Source: a virus
Lineage: Duplodnaviria > Caudoviricetes
Virus record (IMG/VR): IMGVR_UViG_3300037478_000621
Coordinates: 2,403-66,402 of that record
Length of the DNA stretch: 64,000 nt
Reading direction: 5' to 3' (one strand)
Shown here one piece after another: positions 9,912 through 19,580 of this stretch. Both the position numbers and the translations under genes were made by a program. Each line of letters opens with the position of its first letter. Position 1 is the first letter of the stretch. Under the pieces are notes generated by a model. The model did not search any database, was not told where the DNA came from, and saw only the letters and a list, made by a program, of their open reading frames with translations.

Positions 9912-10312
9912 TCAGTGTTCAACTCATCTCGACTCTTGAGCTTCGCCAGTCCGCGGATCTCGATTTGGCGAATCCGCTCGCGGGTTAGGTTCATGATTGC
10001 GCCGACTTCTTCAAGGGTAATGCCGCCGCGGTCCGCGACATCGAGAGCGCAAGTGTCGGCGAGCTCCCACGGCTCGAGGTCGGGGAAGTTGATTTTCAGT
10101 GACCCCGTCGCGGGGTTTACGTCGAGGTAGAGGTGATGCTTGCAGCCGACCCATGGACACGGCCCATCCGGGCACTCGGCCCGGACGGGCGGCCGCGGAG
10201 TGTCCGCGAGCTCCTCGTCATCCTCGAGGACTCGGAGCTCGAGCAGCCTCCCCGAGATGGTCTTCGCCCGCGGCCGCCACCGTCGGCGGCCGGGGCGGTG
10301 TCCGTTGATCAC
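9908..10312 (-). CDS. Sigma70 region-4 HTH protein with Cys/His motif (myxobacterial type)
   Basis: '[24 protein letters not shown]…[39 protein letters not shown]'; the TRERIRQIE helix is a sigma-70 region 4.2 signature. GTG start overlaps the scaffold stop. Confidence 0.8.
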   Translation of the reverse strand: MINGHRPGRRRWRPRAKTISGRLLELRVLEDDEELADTPRPPVRAECPDGPCPWVGCKHHLYLDVNPATGSLKINFPDLEPWELADTCALDVADRGGITLEEVGAIMNLTRERIRQIEIRGLAKLKSRDELNTE

Positions 10313-11028
10313 CGATTCGCGAGCATGCTGCCGATGTCGGCGTCCGAGTACTCGCCATCCTTGTCGGGCTTCACGGTCTCGGTCTTGCCGCCGGTGTTGC
10401 CGCTGCCGGCGACCTCACGGGCGGGCTTGAAGCGCTTACCCTGCGAGCTCTCGGCCCAGCCCTTGACGCCCTCGGAGAGGCCGACCTCGTCGCCGTCGTC
10501 GTCGAGCCAAACGACTTTGCCGTCCTCGTTGGTTTTCACTCGCTTGGTCTCGGTGTAGAGGTACGCCAGGGCCAGCGGAGCGGCGTCCTTGTCGATGCCC
10601 TCGGCCTGGAGCTGCTCGGCGAGCTTCGAACGCTCGGTCTGGCGACGCGCGTTGTCGGCGGCCTCCTCGCGAGCCGATTTCTCTTTCTCGACCTCTTTGG
10701 CGAGGCGCTCGTTCTCCTTCTGGAGTTTGCGGATAGCCTTGTCCACCTCGGATGGGACACCGTCTGCCTTGCTCTTTCCCTTGCCCTTCGCCTTGGTGTC
10801 GACGTCGTCATCGTCGTCATCATCTTCGTCGTCATCGTCGATGTCGTCGGCCTTGGTCTTCATGGCCGTGGTGACTGCCTCGCCGATGGTGGACGCGATC
10901 ATCTCGCGGAAGGTCTTGCGCTTGAACTGCGCGGTCACCGATTTGTTGACGATCGCGTCGAGCTCGTCTTTGGTGACGTACTCCTTCTCGTCGTCGTCTT
11001 TCTTGTCTTTCTTGTCGTCGTCGGCCAT
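10309..11028 (-). CDS. Capsid scaffolding protein
   Basis: Start ATG 11028 with RBS AGGGAG; highly charged coiled coil with an acidic tract; between minor head and capsid genes. Confidence 0.75.
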   Translation of the reverse strand: MADDDKKDKKDDDEKEYVTKDELDAIVNKSVTAQFKRKTFREMIASTIGEAVTTAMKTKADDIDDDDEDDDDDDDVDTKAKGKGKSKADGVPSEVDKAIRKLQKENERLAKEVEKEKSAREEAADNARRQTERSKLAEQLQAEGIDKDAAPLALAYLYTETKRVKTNEDGKVVWLDDDGDEVGLSEGVKGWAESSQGKRFKPAREVAGSGNTGGKTETVKPDKDGEYSDADIGSMLANR

Positions 11029-11044
11029 GTCGTGCTCCCTGTGG

Positions 11045-12088
11045 TTAGGACGCGCCCGGCGCGTGAAGGTCGGGCGTGTGAAGTGTTGGTGGCACTGTGG
11101 GCTGCCGCGGCTCCGTGGGAGCCCCGGAATCAGAGCCTCCACCGAGGCCGCCTTCCCCAAGTACCTCGTCGGTCGGCCACTCGCGGCGGTAAGGCGTGAT
11201 GCAGCAGCGGTCGCGGGGATGAACCGTGGGATGGGAGATGCCGCCGGTGAAATCCTCGTTGAGCGCGCGAATCTCACCATCGAGGGCATCGCAGACCTCG
11301 CAGACCCGATGATCGTTGGCCGCGTCCCAGCGCTTGAGGTACCCCGGATCGACCTCGTCCTCAGCCCGGATGCTCTCGAGCGCGTGGGCGTTATACGAAT
11401 CGATGCACTCGGTTCGTACAACGCGCTCCGCCCAGTGGCGATAACGGCGGAACAAGCCCTCGGCGATGCTCTCAACAACACCGCCACCGAGCGACACCAG
11501 CCCCCGCGGTCCGCCGAGGCGCACGAGGCGATTCGTCATCTGGTCGAAGGTCTCGCCTTGGACCATGCCGAGCGCCAGCTGCCGGCGGATGTCGGATGTC
11601 ACGGCTCGCCCGTATCTCCGCGCCGAGGCCTCGTGGCGGAAGATGACGGCGCGCCCGGCGTGCGCCATGACGGCGGCCTTGCCGAGGTCGGGCCGCGGCA
11701 TCGCGCCGAAGGCGCCGTGAAAGAGCACGAGCTCTCGGGCGACGTGGTGGCCGGCGAGGAAGGCCGCGGCGCCGTCGGCCGACATGAGCACCTCGTGCAT
11801 GCCGCCGGCGAGCCGGCGCTCAATGGCCGCGAGGGACGCCCGCATGTGGAGCATGGCAGCGCGGTAGCGCTGGGCACCGAAGCGCTCGCCTCCATCCTCG
11901 ACGGTCGCCAGCCAGCGCCTGAGGCCCTTCTCGGCCTCGAGTTGCCCCTCGCGCAAGATGGGCAGCAGCCGGCGGGCGTACTCCTCGGGGAGCGCGGCGA
12001 CCTCGGCCGCAATCTCGCGCAGCTCCTCGGCGATGCTCGAGACGTTGCGGGCGAGTGCGGCGGTGCCGAAGGAGCCGGTATCAGCCAC
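11045..12088 (-). CDS. Minor head morphogenesis protein (Mu gpF / SPP1 gp7 family)
   Basis: 'AERVVRTE…KRWDAANDHRVCEVCDALDG…HPTVHPRDRC' gpF-family signature. Confidence 0.85.
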   Translation of the reverse strand: MADTGSFGTAALARNVSSIAEELREIAAEVAALPEEYARRLLPILREGQLEAEKGLRRWLATVEDGGERFGAQRYRAAMLHMRASLAAIERRLAGGMHEVLMSADGAAAFLAGHHVARELVLFHGAFGAMPRPDLGKAAVMAHAGRAVIFRHEASARRYGRAVTSDIRRQLALGMVQGETFDQMTNRLVRLGGPRGLVSLGGGVVESIAEGLFRRYRHWAERVVRTECIDSYNAHALESIRAEDEVDPGYLKRWDAANDHRVCEVCDALDGEIRALNEDFTGGISHPTVHPRDRCCITPYRREWPTDEVLGEGGLGGGSDSGAPTEPRQPTVPPTLHTPDLHAPGAS

Positions 12089-13748
12089 CGGCTACCCCGG
12101 GCGGCTTGCCCTTGGCGCCCGGGGTGGCACCCTCGGCCCCGGCTTCCGACTCCTCGGCAGAGCCCGGCCCCGCCGGGTAGCGCGGAATGTTCTTGCCCGG
12201 AATGATCGGCGCGAGGAACTCCTCGGCCGTGATGAACTTCTCGAGCTCCTTCTCGATGGCCTTGATGTCCTTCTCGGTTGCCGCGTCGCCGAGCACTCGG
12301 CGTGCCAGGTCGGCCTTGTAGAGCCGCTGGAACGTCGGCGACGGAATCGAGATGGTCTCGAGCGTGAGAGCCTGGTCGATCATCTCGCCGATAACGATGG
12401 GGTCGAACTTCTCCAGGCCCTCGACCTCGGGCTCGAACTCGTCACCGCGGACCCGCGCGGCCATATGAAAGCAGCGCCGGGTGTGCTCGGCGCCGCGGGT
12501 CGCCAGCGCCATCAGGAAGACGAACCAGAACGACTTGTCTTGCTGCTTGCTCTCGGCGGAGCGACGAAGAGCGGCCGCCGCACCCTGATCGGCGGCGAGG
12601 GCGAGCGACCCGGCGGAGCGGTGCATCTCGTCGCGCTGATGCTTCTCTTGCTCCTGAGCGAACTTGTAGCCCTCGGTGTCCGGCCCGATGTAGGCGGCCT
12701 TGTCATCGGCACCGCGGACCTGCACGTAGCCCGGACCGCGCGCCTCGCGCTTGGCGCGGTTGCGGTCGGTCTGGTGCTCGTTGATGGGCGTGTTCAACCC
12801 GGGGGACGAGGAGCCGAGGAACTCGTAGAGCTGCTGGTAGAGGCACTTGAGGATCGCCCACTCGAGCCCGCTACCGAGGTTGAAAATCGAGCGCGCCAGC
12901 GATTCGAACTGGTCCATCAGCCAGAGGTCGCTGAGGTCGAGCTTGACGACCGGCACCGCGCCGCACTTGTGCGGTCGCGCCGGCCCGTCGGGGCTGATGA
13001 TCTCTTCGTCCTCGGGCTTCTTCTTGCCGCCCTCGGTTTGCTCCTCGTCGTACTCGACGACGTAGCGCGCCCAGGCATTCGGCGTGTAGACGTAATACGT
13101 CTCGCGGACGATGGAGGGCGCGTCGAAGGTATGGCGCGGATGAGAGATCGCGCAGGTCACCAGCCAGGCGATCTGGCCGTCGTCGGCCTCGCGCCAGTTC
13201 AGAACGTTCTCGGCCGCCAGCGGAACGAAGTAGGGGCGCAAGGCGCCGGCCTCTTCCTGCTCGGCCTCACTCTCGAACTGGCGCTCGCCCATGTCGGGCA
13301 GGTCCACCAGCGTCCACGTGTGGCCCGTGATGAGCGCATCGACGAGCTGCCCGCGCATCATCTTGTTCCAGTCGCACTCGGCAGAGCCTTCCGCCGTGGC
13401 ATCCTCGAGCAACTCGCCGTAGATGCCCTCGGCGTTCCCGATGCGGACCTCGTCCTCGATGAGGCCGGCCACCAGGTTGTCGATGATGACGCCGGGGTAG
13501 CGCTTGTAGTGCGCCCTCTTCTTGCGCTCCTGGTAGACGTTCGCCGCCTCGGCGTTGTGCTGAGGGAACGCCTCGGCCATGACAGCTTCGTCACGCAGGA
13601 GGCGCTTGCCGCCGCAGTAGAGCGCGCGCAGCAAGCGCCAGTACCCAGCGTCGTAGCTGGCGTGGCGACGCTTGAGCGTCTTGTACTTGACGGGCCCCGG
13701 CACCGGGGATGCCGATGCCGGGGCCGCCACCTGTGTTGCTGGAGGCAA
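12081..13748 (-). CDS. Portal protein
   Basis: 555 aa between TerL and gpF; 'AESGxSK'-like 'SAESKQQD' motif; helical; TTG start uncertain. Confidence 0.85.
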   Translation of the reverse strand: MPPATQVAAPASASPVPGPVKYKTLKRRHASYDAGYWRLLRALYCGGKRLLRDEAVMAEAFPQHNAEAANVYQERKKRAHYKRYPGVIIDNLVAGLIEDEVRIGNAEGIYGELLEDATAEGSAECDWNKMMRGQLVDALITGHTWTLVDLPDMGERQFESEAEQEEAGALRPYFVPLAAENVLNWREADDGQIAWLVTCAISHPRHTFDAPSIVRETYYVYTPNAWARYVVEYDEEQTEGGKKKPEDEEIISPDGPARPHKCGAVPVVKLDLSDLWLMDQFESLARSIFNLGSGLEWAILKCLYQQLYEFLGSSSPGLNTPINEHQTDRNRAKREARGPGYVQVRGADDKAAYIGPDTEGYKFAQEQEKHQRDEMHRSAGSLALAADQGAAAALRRSAESKQQDKSFWFVFLMALATRGAEHTRRCFHMAARVRGDEFEPEVEGLEKFDPIVIGEMIDQALTLETISIPSPTFQRLYKADLARRVLGDAATEKDIKAIEKELEKFITAEEFLAPIIPGKNIPRYPAGPGSAEESEAGAEGATPGAKGKPPGVAGG

Positions 13749-13791
13749 GGGCCTGAAGCCCTCATCCTGCCAAGTGGCCGTGATTCTAATA

Positions 13792-13808
13792 AGAGAACAC
13801 TAGTTCAC
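13792..13808. promoter_or_regulatory. 17-bp box copy 2 (AGAGAACACTAGTTCAC)
   Basis: In the intergenic gap between the portal start and the divergent moron. Confidence 0.75.
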
Positions 13809-13841
13809 GAAGATGTCCGACTCGCCCTGTAGGCTTTGGGG

Positions 13842-14429
13842 ATGTTCGATGCCCTGGAAGAAGCCATCACAAAGGCAGAGGTCGAGGTTGAGGCTGCTCG
13901 AGTCACTGCCGAGGAGGCGATGGAGAACCTGCTCGACGTGCTTGGGAAGGGATTGCGGGAATGGCTGCCTGGAGCGGTACGGGAAAAAGTGCAGCGAGAC
14001 CATCGCCACCTCCACGCCCTGTCGGAAAAGTCCCGGACTGAGATGAAGCAAGAACTCTCCGACATGACCGCAGTCCTCGGCAAAGCAGTTCGGGGGTGGC
14101 TTGATCGCGATCGACTGTGGCCGCATCGGCTCGACTACAGCAGGGGAGAGACGGGCTTCTCGTATTACGGCCCAGCATCCCGGACGCCAGATCCGCTGAG
14201 CAAGCACTGGGACGAAGGATTGCAAGATTTGCTCGCCAGGTACTTCAGGAAGTACCACTTCCCTTACGAGCATGACCGTTTCGAGTTCGATTGGACCGGC
14301 GCCCCCAGCGCGGCCTTCTGTGAGTACACGAACGCCGTTAGCAGCCTCTCGAACGCCACCAGGACCCATGGCCAAGCTGTTGAGGCGCTCAGTCGAGCTC
14401 AGGCTAAATCTCTTTGGGACGAGACATAG
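13842..14429 (+). CDS. Moron: hypothetical helical protein inserted between terL and portal
   Basis: Opposite strand to neighbours and less GC-rich; TAGGCT (13830-35) lies 6 nt before ATG 13842. Confidence 0.7.
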   Translation: MFDALEEAITKAEVEVEAARVTAEEAMENLLDVLGKGLREWLPGAVREKVQRDHRHLHALSEKSRTEMKQELSDMTAVLGKAVRGWLDRDRLWPHRLDYSRGETGFSYYGPASRTPDPLSKHWDEGLQDLLARYFRKYHFPYEHDRFEFDWTGAPSAAFCEYTNAVSSLSNATRTHGQAVEALSRAQAKSLWDET

Positions 14430-14435
14430 TCATCC

Positions 14436-15908
14436 CTACCCGAACGGCAACTCGATCCCGAGTCGCTCGCCTCGCTCGGGCTCGACGCCGGCCTGATAGA
14501 GCGCGTTGAAGCCGTGGGCCGTCGAGTCCACCTGATCATCCTCGGCATCGGCCACGCCGGTGAAGGCGCCCATCTCAGAGAGATACTCATCGACCCAGGG
14601 CGCGAGGGTCGGCACGTAGACGCGGCCATCGTTCCAGGCCGCGCTCACCGGCTGAGCCCGGAGGAATTTGTCCTGGCTCGGCGACACCTCGACGATGCGC
14701 AGCGAGGGGTCAACGTCGTGCAGCATCTGCGGCACGCTCTTGAAACCACCGACGGCCTCGACGACGATCACCAGGCCGTAGCGTAGCTGGACGTCGCGGG
14801 CGCGGCGCACGAGCTCGGGGATGGACCACTGTCCGCGTTTCATGTCCACGACCCATGACTCGGTGTCGTCGCCGCGACCTTCCATGGCCATCACGGCAAT
14901 GGCGCTGTGGTCGGCGCGGGTCTTCTTCGTCGCCGCCGGATCGATGGCGATGCAGCCGCGGCGCCCGTGCCAGCTGAACTCGGACAGGTCGAAGCGCGCC
15001 GGCTCGTTGAACAGCTTCATGCCGCGCACTCGTGGCGAGCCCATATAGAGGGCCCACCAGAAGTGCTTGTACTTCATCGCCGCGAGCAGTCGCTCGAGCG
15101 GCCAGTACTCTGGCCACACCGCGCGACCAATCGCGCTGATGTCTGCCTTGCCAGCGCGATGCAGCTCGAGCCCTTCCTCGCTGAAGCCGAGGACGGCCGG
15201 GACGTTGATTTCCTCCCAGCGCCCGCCCTCGCCGACTCGCCCCTCCTCCTTGAGCAAGCGTCCAATCAGATCATCGGGGTGCCAGCGGGTGTGGTTGATG
15301 ACCCTCGAGCCGCCGGGCTCGACGCGGTTGTGAGCAACTCCCTGGTACCAGTCCCAGACGGCCTCTCGCTGGACCGGTGACTCGGCGGCCTCGGGACCGG
15401 AGTACGGGTCGTCAACGATCTGGAGACCCGTCGTGCCCATGCCGACGTACTGGCCGCCGATCGAGGTCGCCAGCAGGCCGCCGCCGGCCGCCGTCGTCCA
15501 CTCGTCCACGGAGCGGCTGGCGAGCTCGACGCCGGCGGACAAGGTGAGCCGCTGCATCGTCCGGCTCTTGGATTGCGCGAGTCGCTGCGCCGAGGTCACG
15601 TAGGCGTGCTGGCTCGCCGGCGCGTTGGCTAGCAGCCAGGCGATCGCGTGCTGAATCGTGATCGTCTTGACGAACCGCGGCGGAAAGCTGATGAGCGCGT
15701 TGACCTCCTCGGTCCGCGAGCGCTCGATAAGCCGCCGCAGCGGCGCGACATGCGACGGCGATGGCCATTTCGGACTGATGCGCCCGATGAAGTCGCCGAG
15801 CGGCTCCACGTCGTACTGGGCCTCCAGCAGGGCGTGGTACTCGGCCTCCTCCTCGGGCGAGAGGGCCATCTCAGCCGTCGCTTTCCCCTTCGTCCTCGTC
15901 CTCGCCAA
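14436..15908 (-). CDS. terL: Terminase large subunit
   Basis: 'ISFPPRFVKT' Walker-A variant, 'QIVDDPY' Walker B, C-terminal RNase-H nuclease 'IAIDPA…DHSA…DDQVDS'. Confidence 0.95.
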   Translation of the reverse strand: MARTRTKGKATAEMALSPEEEAEYHALLEAQYDVEPLGDFIGRISPKWPSPSHVAPLRRLIERSRTEEVNALISFPPRFVKTITIQHAIAWLLANAPASQHAYVTSAQRLAQSKSRTMQRLTLSAGVELASRSVDEWTTAAGGGLLATSIGGQYVGMGTTGLQIVDDPYSGPEAAESPVQREAVWDWYQGVAHNRVEPGGSRVINHTRWHPDDLIGRLLKEEGRVGEGGRWEEINVPAVLGFSEEGLELHRAGKADISAIGRAVWPEYWPLERLLAAMKYKHFWWALYMGSPRVRGMKLFNEPARFDLSEFSWHGRRGCIAIDPAATKKTRADHSAIAVMAMEGRGDDTESWVVDMKRGQWSIPELVRRARDVQLRYGLVIVVEAVGGFKSVPQMLHDVDPSLRIVEVSPSQDKFLRAQPVSAAWNDGRVYVPTLAPWVDEYLSEMGAFTGVADAEDDQVDSTAHGFNALYQAGVEPERGERLGIELPFG

Positions 15909-16119
15909 ACATGTACGCCCCGACGCGGTAATTGAGCAGCGTGGCGATCATCGCCAGACAGCTCGCGGTCATCTCGTCGCCGAACGCGCGCAAATGGATG
16001 GTGCCATCGGCATCGAGCACAGCCACGAAGACGCCGCTCGCCCCCTCGGAGGCCTCGGCGATGTAGCCGACGGCGTCCTCGGGCCGCTTATCGCCACCGA
16101 TCCAGCGGATGTCGGCCAT
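15871..16119 (-). CDS. Hypothetical protein
   Basis: 82 aa, coupled to neighbours. Confidence 0.6.
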   Translation of the reverse strand: MADIRWIGGDKRPEDAVGYIAEASEGASGVFVAVLDADGTIHLRAFGDEMTASCLAMIATLLNYRVGAYMFGEDEDEGESDG

Positions 16120-16295
16120 CAGTTCACCGGCCTACTGATGCCGCGCACCGGCACCCATCGCTCGACTATTCGACCGCCGACGGCTTTCAGCTCAAGGCCC
16201 CACAGAGCGCCGCAAAAGCGACAAGCGACACCCTCCATGGGCACTGCCTCGCCATCGACTCGGCAATCAGGACAGTGGGATGGCGCTTTGGTCAC
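16119..16295 (-). CDS. Small Zn-finger-like hypothetical (58 aa, not in the ORF track)
   Basis: GTG 16295 overlaps the upstream stop; MTKAPSHCPDC…CRFC…. Confidence 0.55.
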   Translation of the reverse strand: MTKAPSHCPDCRVDGEAVPMEGVACRFCGALWGLELKAVGGRIVERWVPVRGISRPVN

Positions 16296-16684
16296 TCCCC
16301 ACCTCGCTCGCTCGCCAACTCCTCAACGCCCACCGTCGGCACGTCGGCCGGTTGAAACTCGAACTCGCACCCCGCGCAGAGATGGACGACGTGCGGCGTG
16401 GAGGCCCAGGCGCCGCGGTCAATATGCTGCTCGCCGCACCCGTTCGTCGGACAGATGAGGATCATCGGGATCGGCCGCGGCTCGAGGTCGAAGTCGAACA
16501 GGCCCTCGTCGAGCGGGGCCCGCTCCATCAACGAGCCTCGAGATGGCATGGGGTCGGGGACACGTTGCTCGAGGTCCATGTCTTTGAACTCGTCGTTAGC
16601 GCGGCGGAGTTGCCGATGAAACGTGCAAACCCGGTCCACGCCGTTGCAGGTCCACGGCGTACAGGGGTTGTCGATGAACACCAT
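16292..16684 (-). CDS. Cys/His-rich phage hypothetical
   Basis: 'CPTNGCGEQHID…PHVVHLCAGC…PADVPTVGV' motif. Confidence 0.65.
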   Translation of the reverse strand: MVFIDNPCTPWTCNGVDRVCTFHRQLRRANDEFKDMDLEQRVPDPMPSRGSLMERAPLDEGLFDFDLEPRPIPMILICPTNGCGEQHIDRGAWASTPHVVHLCAGCEFEFQPADVPTVGVEELASERGGE

Positions 16685-17049
16685 TAGCTCTCAGCCTCCT
16701 CGATTTCAATCCGCGTCCCGGCAACCGGACCGCGCTCCTGGGCGTACTCGATCTCCGCGGCCGCTGCCGTGTCGTCGACAATCAGCCGGGCTGCGACGAG
16801 CTCGTCCACAAGCGGCTTTGCCCCGCCGACGAGGTTGTCGGGGTCAAACATCCTGCCGCCCTTGCCGATGATCCGGGTGATGCGCACCCGGCGCGGCCCG
16901 TCCGCCATGGGCGCCCCCTGATTGATCGCTTCAGCAAGAAGGGCCCAGCCGTAGCTATGTCGCAGCTTGCGATAGGCGTGCGGATGGCGAAAGCGCCGGC
17001 GCAAAACGTTCGCGCTCACGACTTCGACAGGGATGGCGAGTGTGATCAT
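16684..17049 (-). CDS. rusA: RusA-like Holliday junction resolvase
   Basis: 'FDPDNLVGGAKPLVDEL…IVDD' matches the RusA D-x-D-N…K…D…DD catalytic pattern. Confidence 0.75.
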   Translation of the reverse strand: MITLAIPVEVVSANVLRRRFRHPHAYRKLRHSYGWALLAEAINQGAPMADGPRRVRITRIIGKGGRMFDPDNLVGGAKPLVDELVAARLIVDDTAAAAEIEYAQERGPVAGTRIEIEEAES

Positions 17050-17372
17050 CCGAGCTTCTTTCCGCACGAGCTGCAGAACGTCCCGCCGCTGTAGCTGTAC
17101 TTGCTCGGGTGCTGGCAGGTCCGTGGATCGGTGGTCGAGCCGTTACCCTTGCAGGGCTCCTTGGAACCGGCGCTGCCCTTGCCAACTCCACAGGCAGTGC
17201 AGCCCGCGTTGCCCCAGGGCCCGTACATCCACCTGTGCTCGCGCGCCGGCGCGGGCGGCGCAGGCTCGGCGTCAACCGGCGCGCCCTCGCAGCCCTCGAG
17301 ACAGCGCACGTAGTCTCCGATGACGGCCTCGCCGCGGTGACCGCATGGCGCGGTGGCGAGCGCGCCAATCAT
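17046..17372 (-). CDS. Cys-rich hypothetical
   Basis: Several CxxC-type pairs; ATGA coupling. Confidence 0.55.
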   Translation of the reverse strand: MIGALATAPCGHRGEAVIGDYVRCLEGCEGAPVDAEPAPPAPAREHRWMYGPWGNAGCTACGVGKGSAGSKEPCKGNGSTTDPRTCQHPSKYSYSGGTFCSSCGKKLG

Positions 17373-17518
17373 CCAGCCCTCGTCGCAGGCGCCATGAGCT
17401 CGGCGCCGCAGCCCTTGCGGGTACCGTCATCGCGGCAGACCCAGACCAGTTGGCCGCTGCGGAGGAAGGGGCCGCTCATCCTGCGATGGTCGCAGCTGGG
17501 ACAGTAGAGCAGCTTCAT
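17369..17518 (-). CDS. Small Zn-ribbon hypothetical (49 aa, not in the track)
   Basis: MKLLYCPSCDHRR…WVCRDDGTRKGCG…; ATGA overlaps at both ends. Confidence 0.6.
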   Translation of the reverse strand: MKLLYCPSCDHRRMSGPFLRSGQLVWVCRDDGTRKGCGAELMAPATRAG

Positions 17519-17979
17519 GGCTTCTCCGGCCCCAACCGCGCCCACTCAACGGCCTCAGAGCGCGACTCGAAGGCGCCGCGCCAGCCGCCGTTATCCAGCT
17601 CGACGTACCAGCCCGGGCCATCCCACCCGGACGGGAAACGGTCGATGATGCCGCCCTCGAGCGGCCGCCCGTCGCGACGACCAATTGCGGCGTAGGCCGA
17701 CACGAATCCGCGACGGCGGTGGCCGATCGGCGGATCAATCCCCGGCCGATGGTCGCCGAGCTTCGCCTCGGGGCGGACGCGGGGCTCTATCTCGGCAAAG
17801 CGGTCGGCCTGTCGCTCTGCCTCATCCTCGAGGCTGTCGATGGGGTCACACGATCGGCAGTCGAGCTCGTGGCCTTCCTGGTACGCCGCGCCGGTGGTGA
17901 GCTCGTGCTCGCAGGCAAGCGTGTAGACGTAGCCGAGGCCAACGGGAACGTCGCGGCGAGATGCGATGGCTTGCTTCAC
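17515..17979 (-). CDS. Hypothetical protein
   Basis: GTG 17979 with RBS AAGGAG, overlapping the upstream stop. Confidence 0.6.
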   Translation of the reverse strand: MKQAIASRRDVPVGLGYVYTLACEHELTTGAAYQEGHELDCRSCDPIDSLEDEAERQADRFAEIEPRVRPEAKLGDHRPGIDPPIGHRRRGFVSAYAAIGRRDGRPLEGGIIDRFPSGWDGPGWYVELDNGGWRGAFESRSEAVEWARLGPEKP

Positions 17980-18458
17980 GGGGTCTCCTTGGTCTCGACG
18001 CTGTTCAACTCCGGACCCCAGCCCTCGAAGGTCCACTCCCATCCGGGGTTCTTGACCCAGAGCTTCTGGCCGGTGGCGAGGTCGCGGAAGCGCCACGACT
18101 TTTTGCAGCGCGCCTCGACGATGGCCGTCTGTCGGACGCCGCCGATACGCCATCGTGACCAGCGCTGCCCGGGATGAACCTCTCGGCATCCGTGGACGCC
18201 GCATCCCTCGCACGGGCTCTTGAGCTGCGCATCAGCGGCGTGGGACGCCTCGAGCAGCGACATCGCCCACTCATGCGCCGCGGCCGGTGGAAGCGTCCAA
18301 GCGCTCTCGGGCGATGGCGAGACCGTGCCCTCAGCGTCCACGATCTGAACGTAGACGCGGCCCCTGCGAGCAAAGAATCGCGTCTGCGGTTGCTCGCCGG
18401 GATCTGCAGCGGCTTCGCGCTGGGCGCGGCGGATGGACAGGTCGATGATGTCGCTCAC
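17976..18458 (-). CDS. Hypothetical protein
   Basis: 160 aa, coupled to neighbours. Confidence 0.6.
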   Translation of the reverse strand: MSDIIDLSIRRAQREAAADPGEQPQTRFFARRGRVYVQIVDAEGTVSPSPESAWTLPPAAAHEWAMSLLEASHAADAQLKSPCEGCGVHGCREVHPGQRWSRWRIGGVRQTAIVEARCKKSWRFRDLATGQKLWVKNPGWEWTFEGWGPELNSVETKETP

Positions 18459-18853
18459 CCGGACTCCTTAATCTGAGCAGCGAGCCCCGCTCGATAGGCC
18501 CGCTCCAACTCCTCGCGAACCGCGCGACGCGTCGCCGTCACCCGCATCTCGCCGGGATTGGCGGTACTCGGCGAGTCGTCGATGCGACGGGCTGCCCCGA
18601 GGAGGCAGGTGCAGTATTTCTCGCGGCCGTCCTCGGTCGGGAACCAGCCTTTGCCGAGACATTCGGGGCAGTCGAGATAGGGACCCAACTCCGGCTCGGC
18701 GCCAAGCTGAAGCCTGAGCCCGGCCTCACCGCTACACCCGCACTCCCACCAGCTGCCGGGCGGCATGATGACGGCGTCGGAGGTCCCCAGGAGGCGAGCC
18801 CACTCCTCCTGTGTCGCCGGCCGGGCGCAGGTGCGGCAGGTAAGTGGCTTCAT
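18455..18853 (-). CDS. Zn-finger hypothetical
   Basis: CRTC…CGC…CPECLG…CTC; ATGA coupling. Confidence 0.55.
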   Translation of the reverse strand: MKPLTCRTCARPATQEEWARLLGTSDAVIMPPGSWWECGCSGEAGLRLQLGAEPELGPYLDCPECLGKGWFPTEDGREKYCTCLLGAARRIDDSPSTANPGEMRVTATRRAVREELERAYRAGLAAQIKESG

Positions 18854-19065
18854 CGGGGACACCACCACTGCACGAACGCGAGCCACCCGGGCAGGCGCTC
18901 GTAGAGGTAGGCCGACACGGCCACGGCGCGCCAGTGCGGGGTGTCGTAGACGAAGGCGTGGTGCTCGCCGGGCCCGGCGCGGCGCGGGAAAGGAAGCCGG
19001 TCCGTCGCGTAGATCGGGAAGCCACTGAGGGCGACGGCGAAGGGGCTCAGCCGTTCACTCGCCAT
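18850..19065 (-). CDS. Hypothetical protein
   Basis: MASERLSPF…; stop overlaps the next start. Confidence 0.45.
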   Translation of the reverse strand: MASERLSPFAVALSGFPIYATDRLPFPRRAGPGEHHAFVYDTPHWRAVAVSAYLYERLPGWLAFVQWWCPR

Positions 19066-19270
19066 CGCCGGGCTCCTCTCGGCAGTGGCACTCGCAGACG
19101 TAGCCTTCGAGACCGGTGCACTCGTCGTGCGGTTTACCGTCGATCTCGTCCTCCTCGCAGGTCCAGCAGTACCCTTCCTCCTCCATGATGGCGCGCAGGA
19201 CTGCATTTGAGGCGCTCCACTGCCCGCCATGGCTCCCCTCGCGCTCCGCCGCGTTCATGCTATCCGCCAT
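19055..19270 (-). CDS. Small Cys-rich acidic hypothetical
   Basis: CWTC…HDEC…CECHC; start overlaps the upstream ORF end. Confidence 0.5.
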   Translation of the reverse strand: MADSMNAAEREGSHGGQWSASNAVLRAIMEEEGYCWTCEEDEIDGKPHDECTGLEGYVCECHCREEPGDGE

Positions 19271-19580
19271 CGTCGGACTCCTCACGCTCGCCACCAGCCT
19301 CGATGGCGCGAGCGGCGCAGCGGGCGCCGTAGCCGAAGTTGCAAGCAGTCGCTGCCTTCTCAACGCTCGCCGCGTGCGCGGACTCCTCGTAGAAGGTGTC
19401 GGCCATCGCGTCGGCGAGTTTCACCGCCGCGGCTCGCTCATGGTCGATGGTAGCGAGGAGGCGCTCGATCCGATTATCCGGGTACAGCAAGCCGAGCGGG
19501 TGCTCCGCTCGGGATCTCTCCAGATCTGCGCGGACGCTGGTCAACTCCTCGGCGGTGAGCGGCTTGGCGTCAGTCGACAT
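19260..19580 (-). CDS. Hypothetical protein
   Basis: ATG 19580 with RBS GGAGG. Confidence 0.55.
   Translation of the reverse strand: MSTDAKPLTAEELTSVRADLERSRAEHPLGLLYPDNRIERLLATIDHERAAAVKLADAMADTFYEESAHAASVEKAATACNFGYGARCAARAIEAGGEREESDDGG

Noticed and set aside
10790-10860. GAC/GAT-rich repeat tract
   Set aside because: It simply encodes the poly-Asp linker of the scaffold protein.
11958-13832. 624-aa plus-strand ORF, and similar long opposite-strand ORFs (10589-12205, 37744-38790, 43116-44903, 46874-48334)
   Set aside because: Antisense shadows of real genes (portal, gpF, ATPase, C5-MTase, Mom); high GC3 bias leaves stop-poor reverse frames, and no protein motifs are present.
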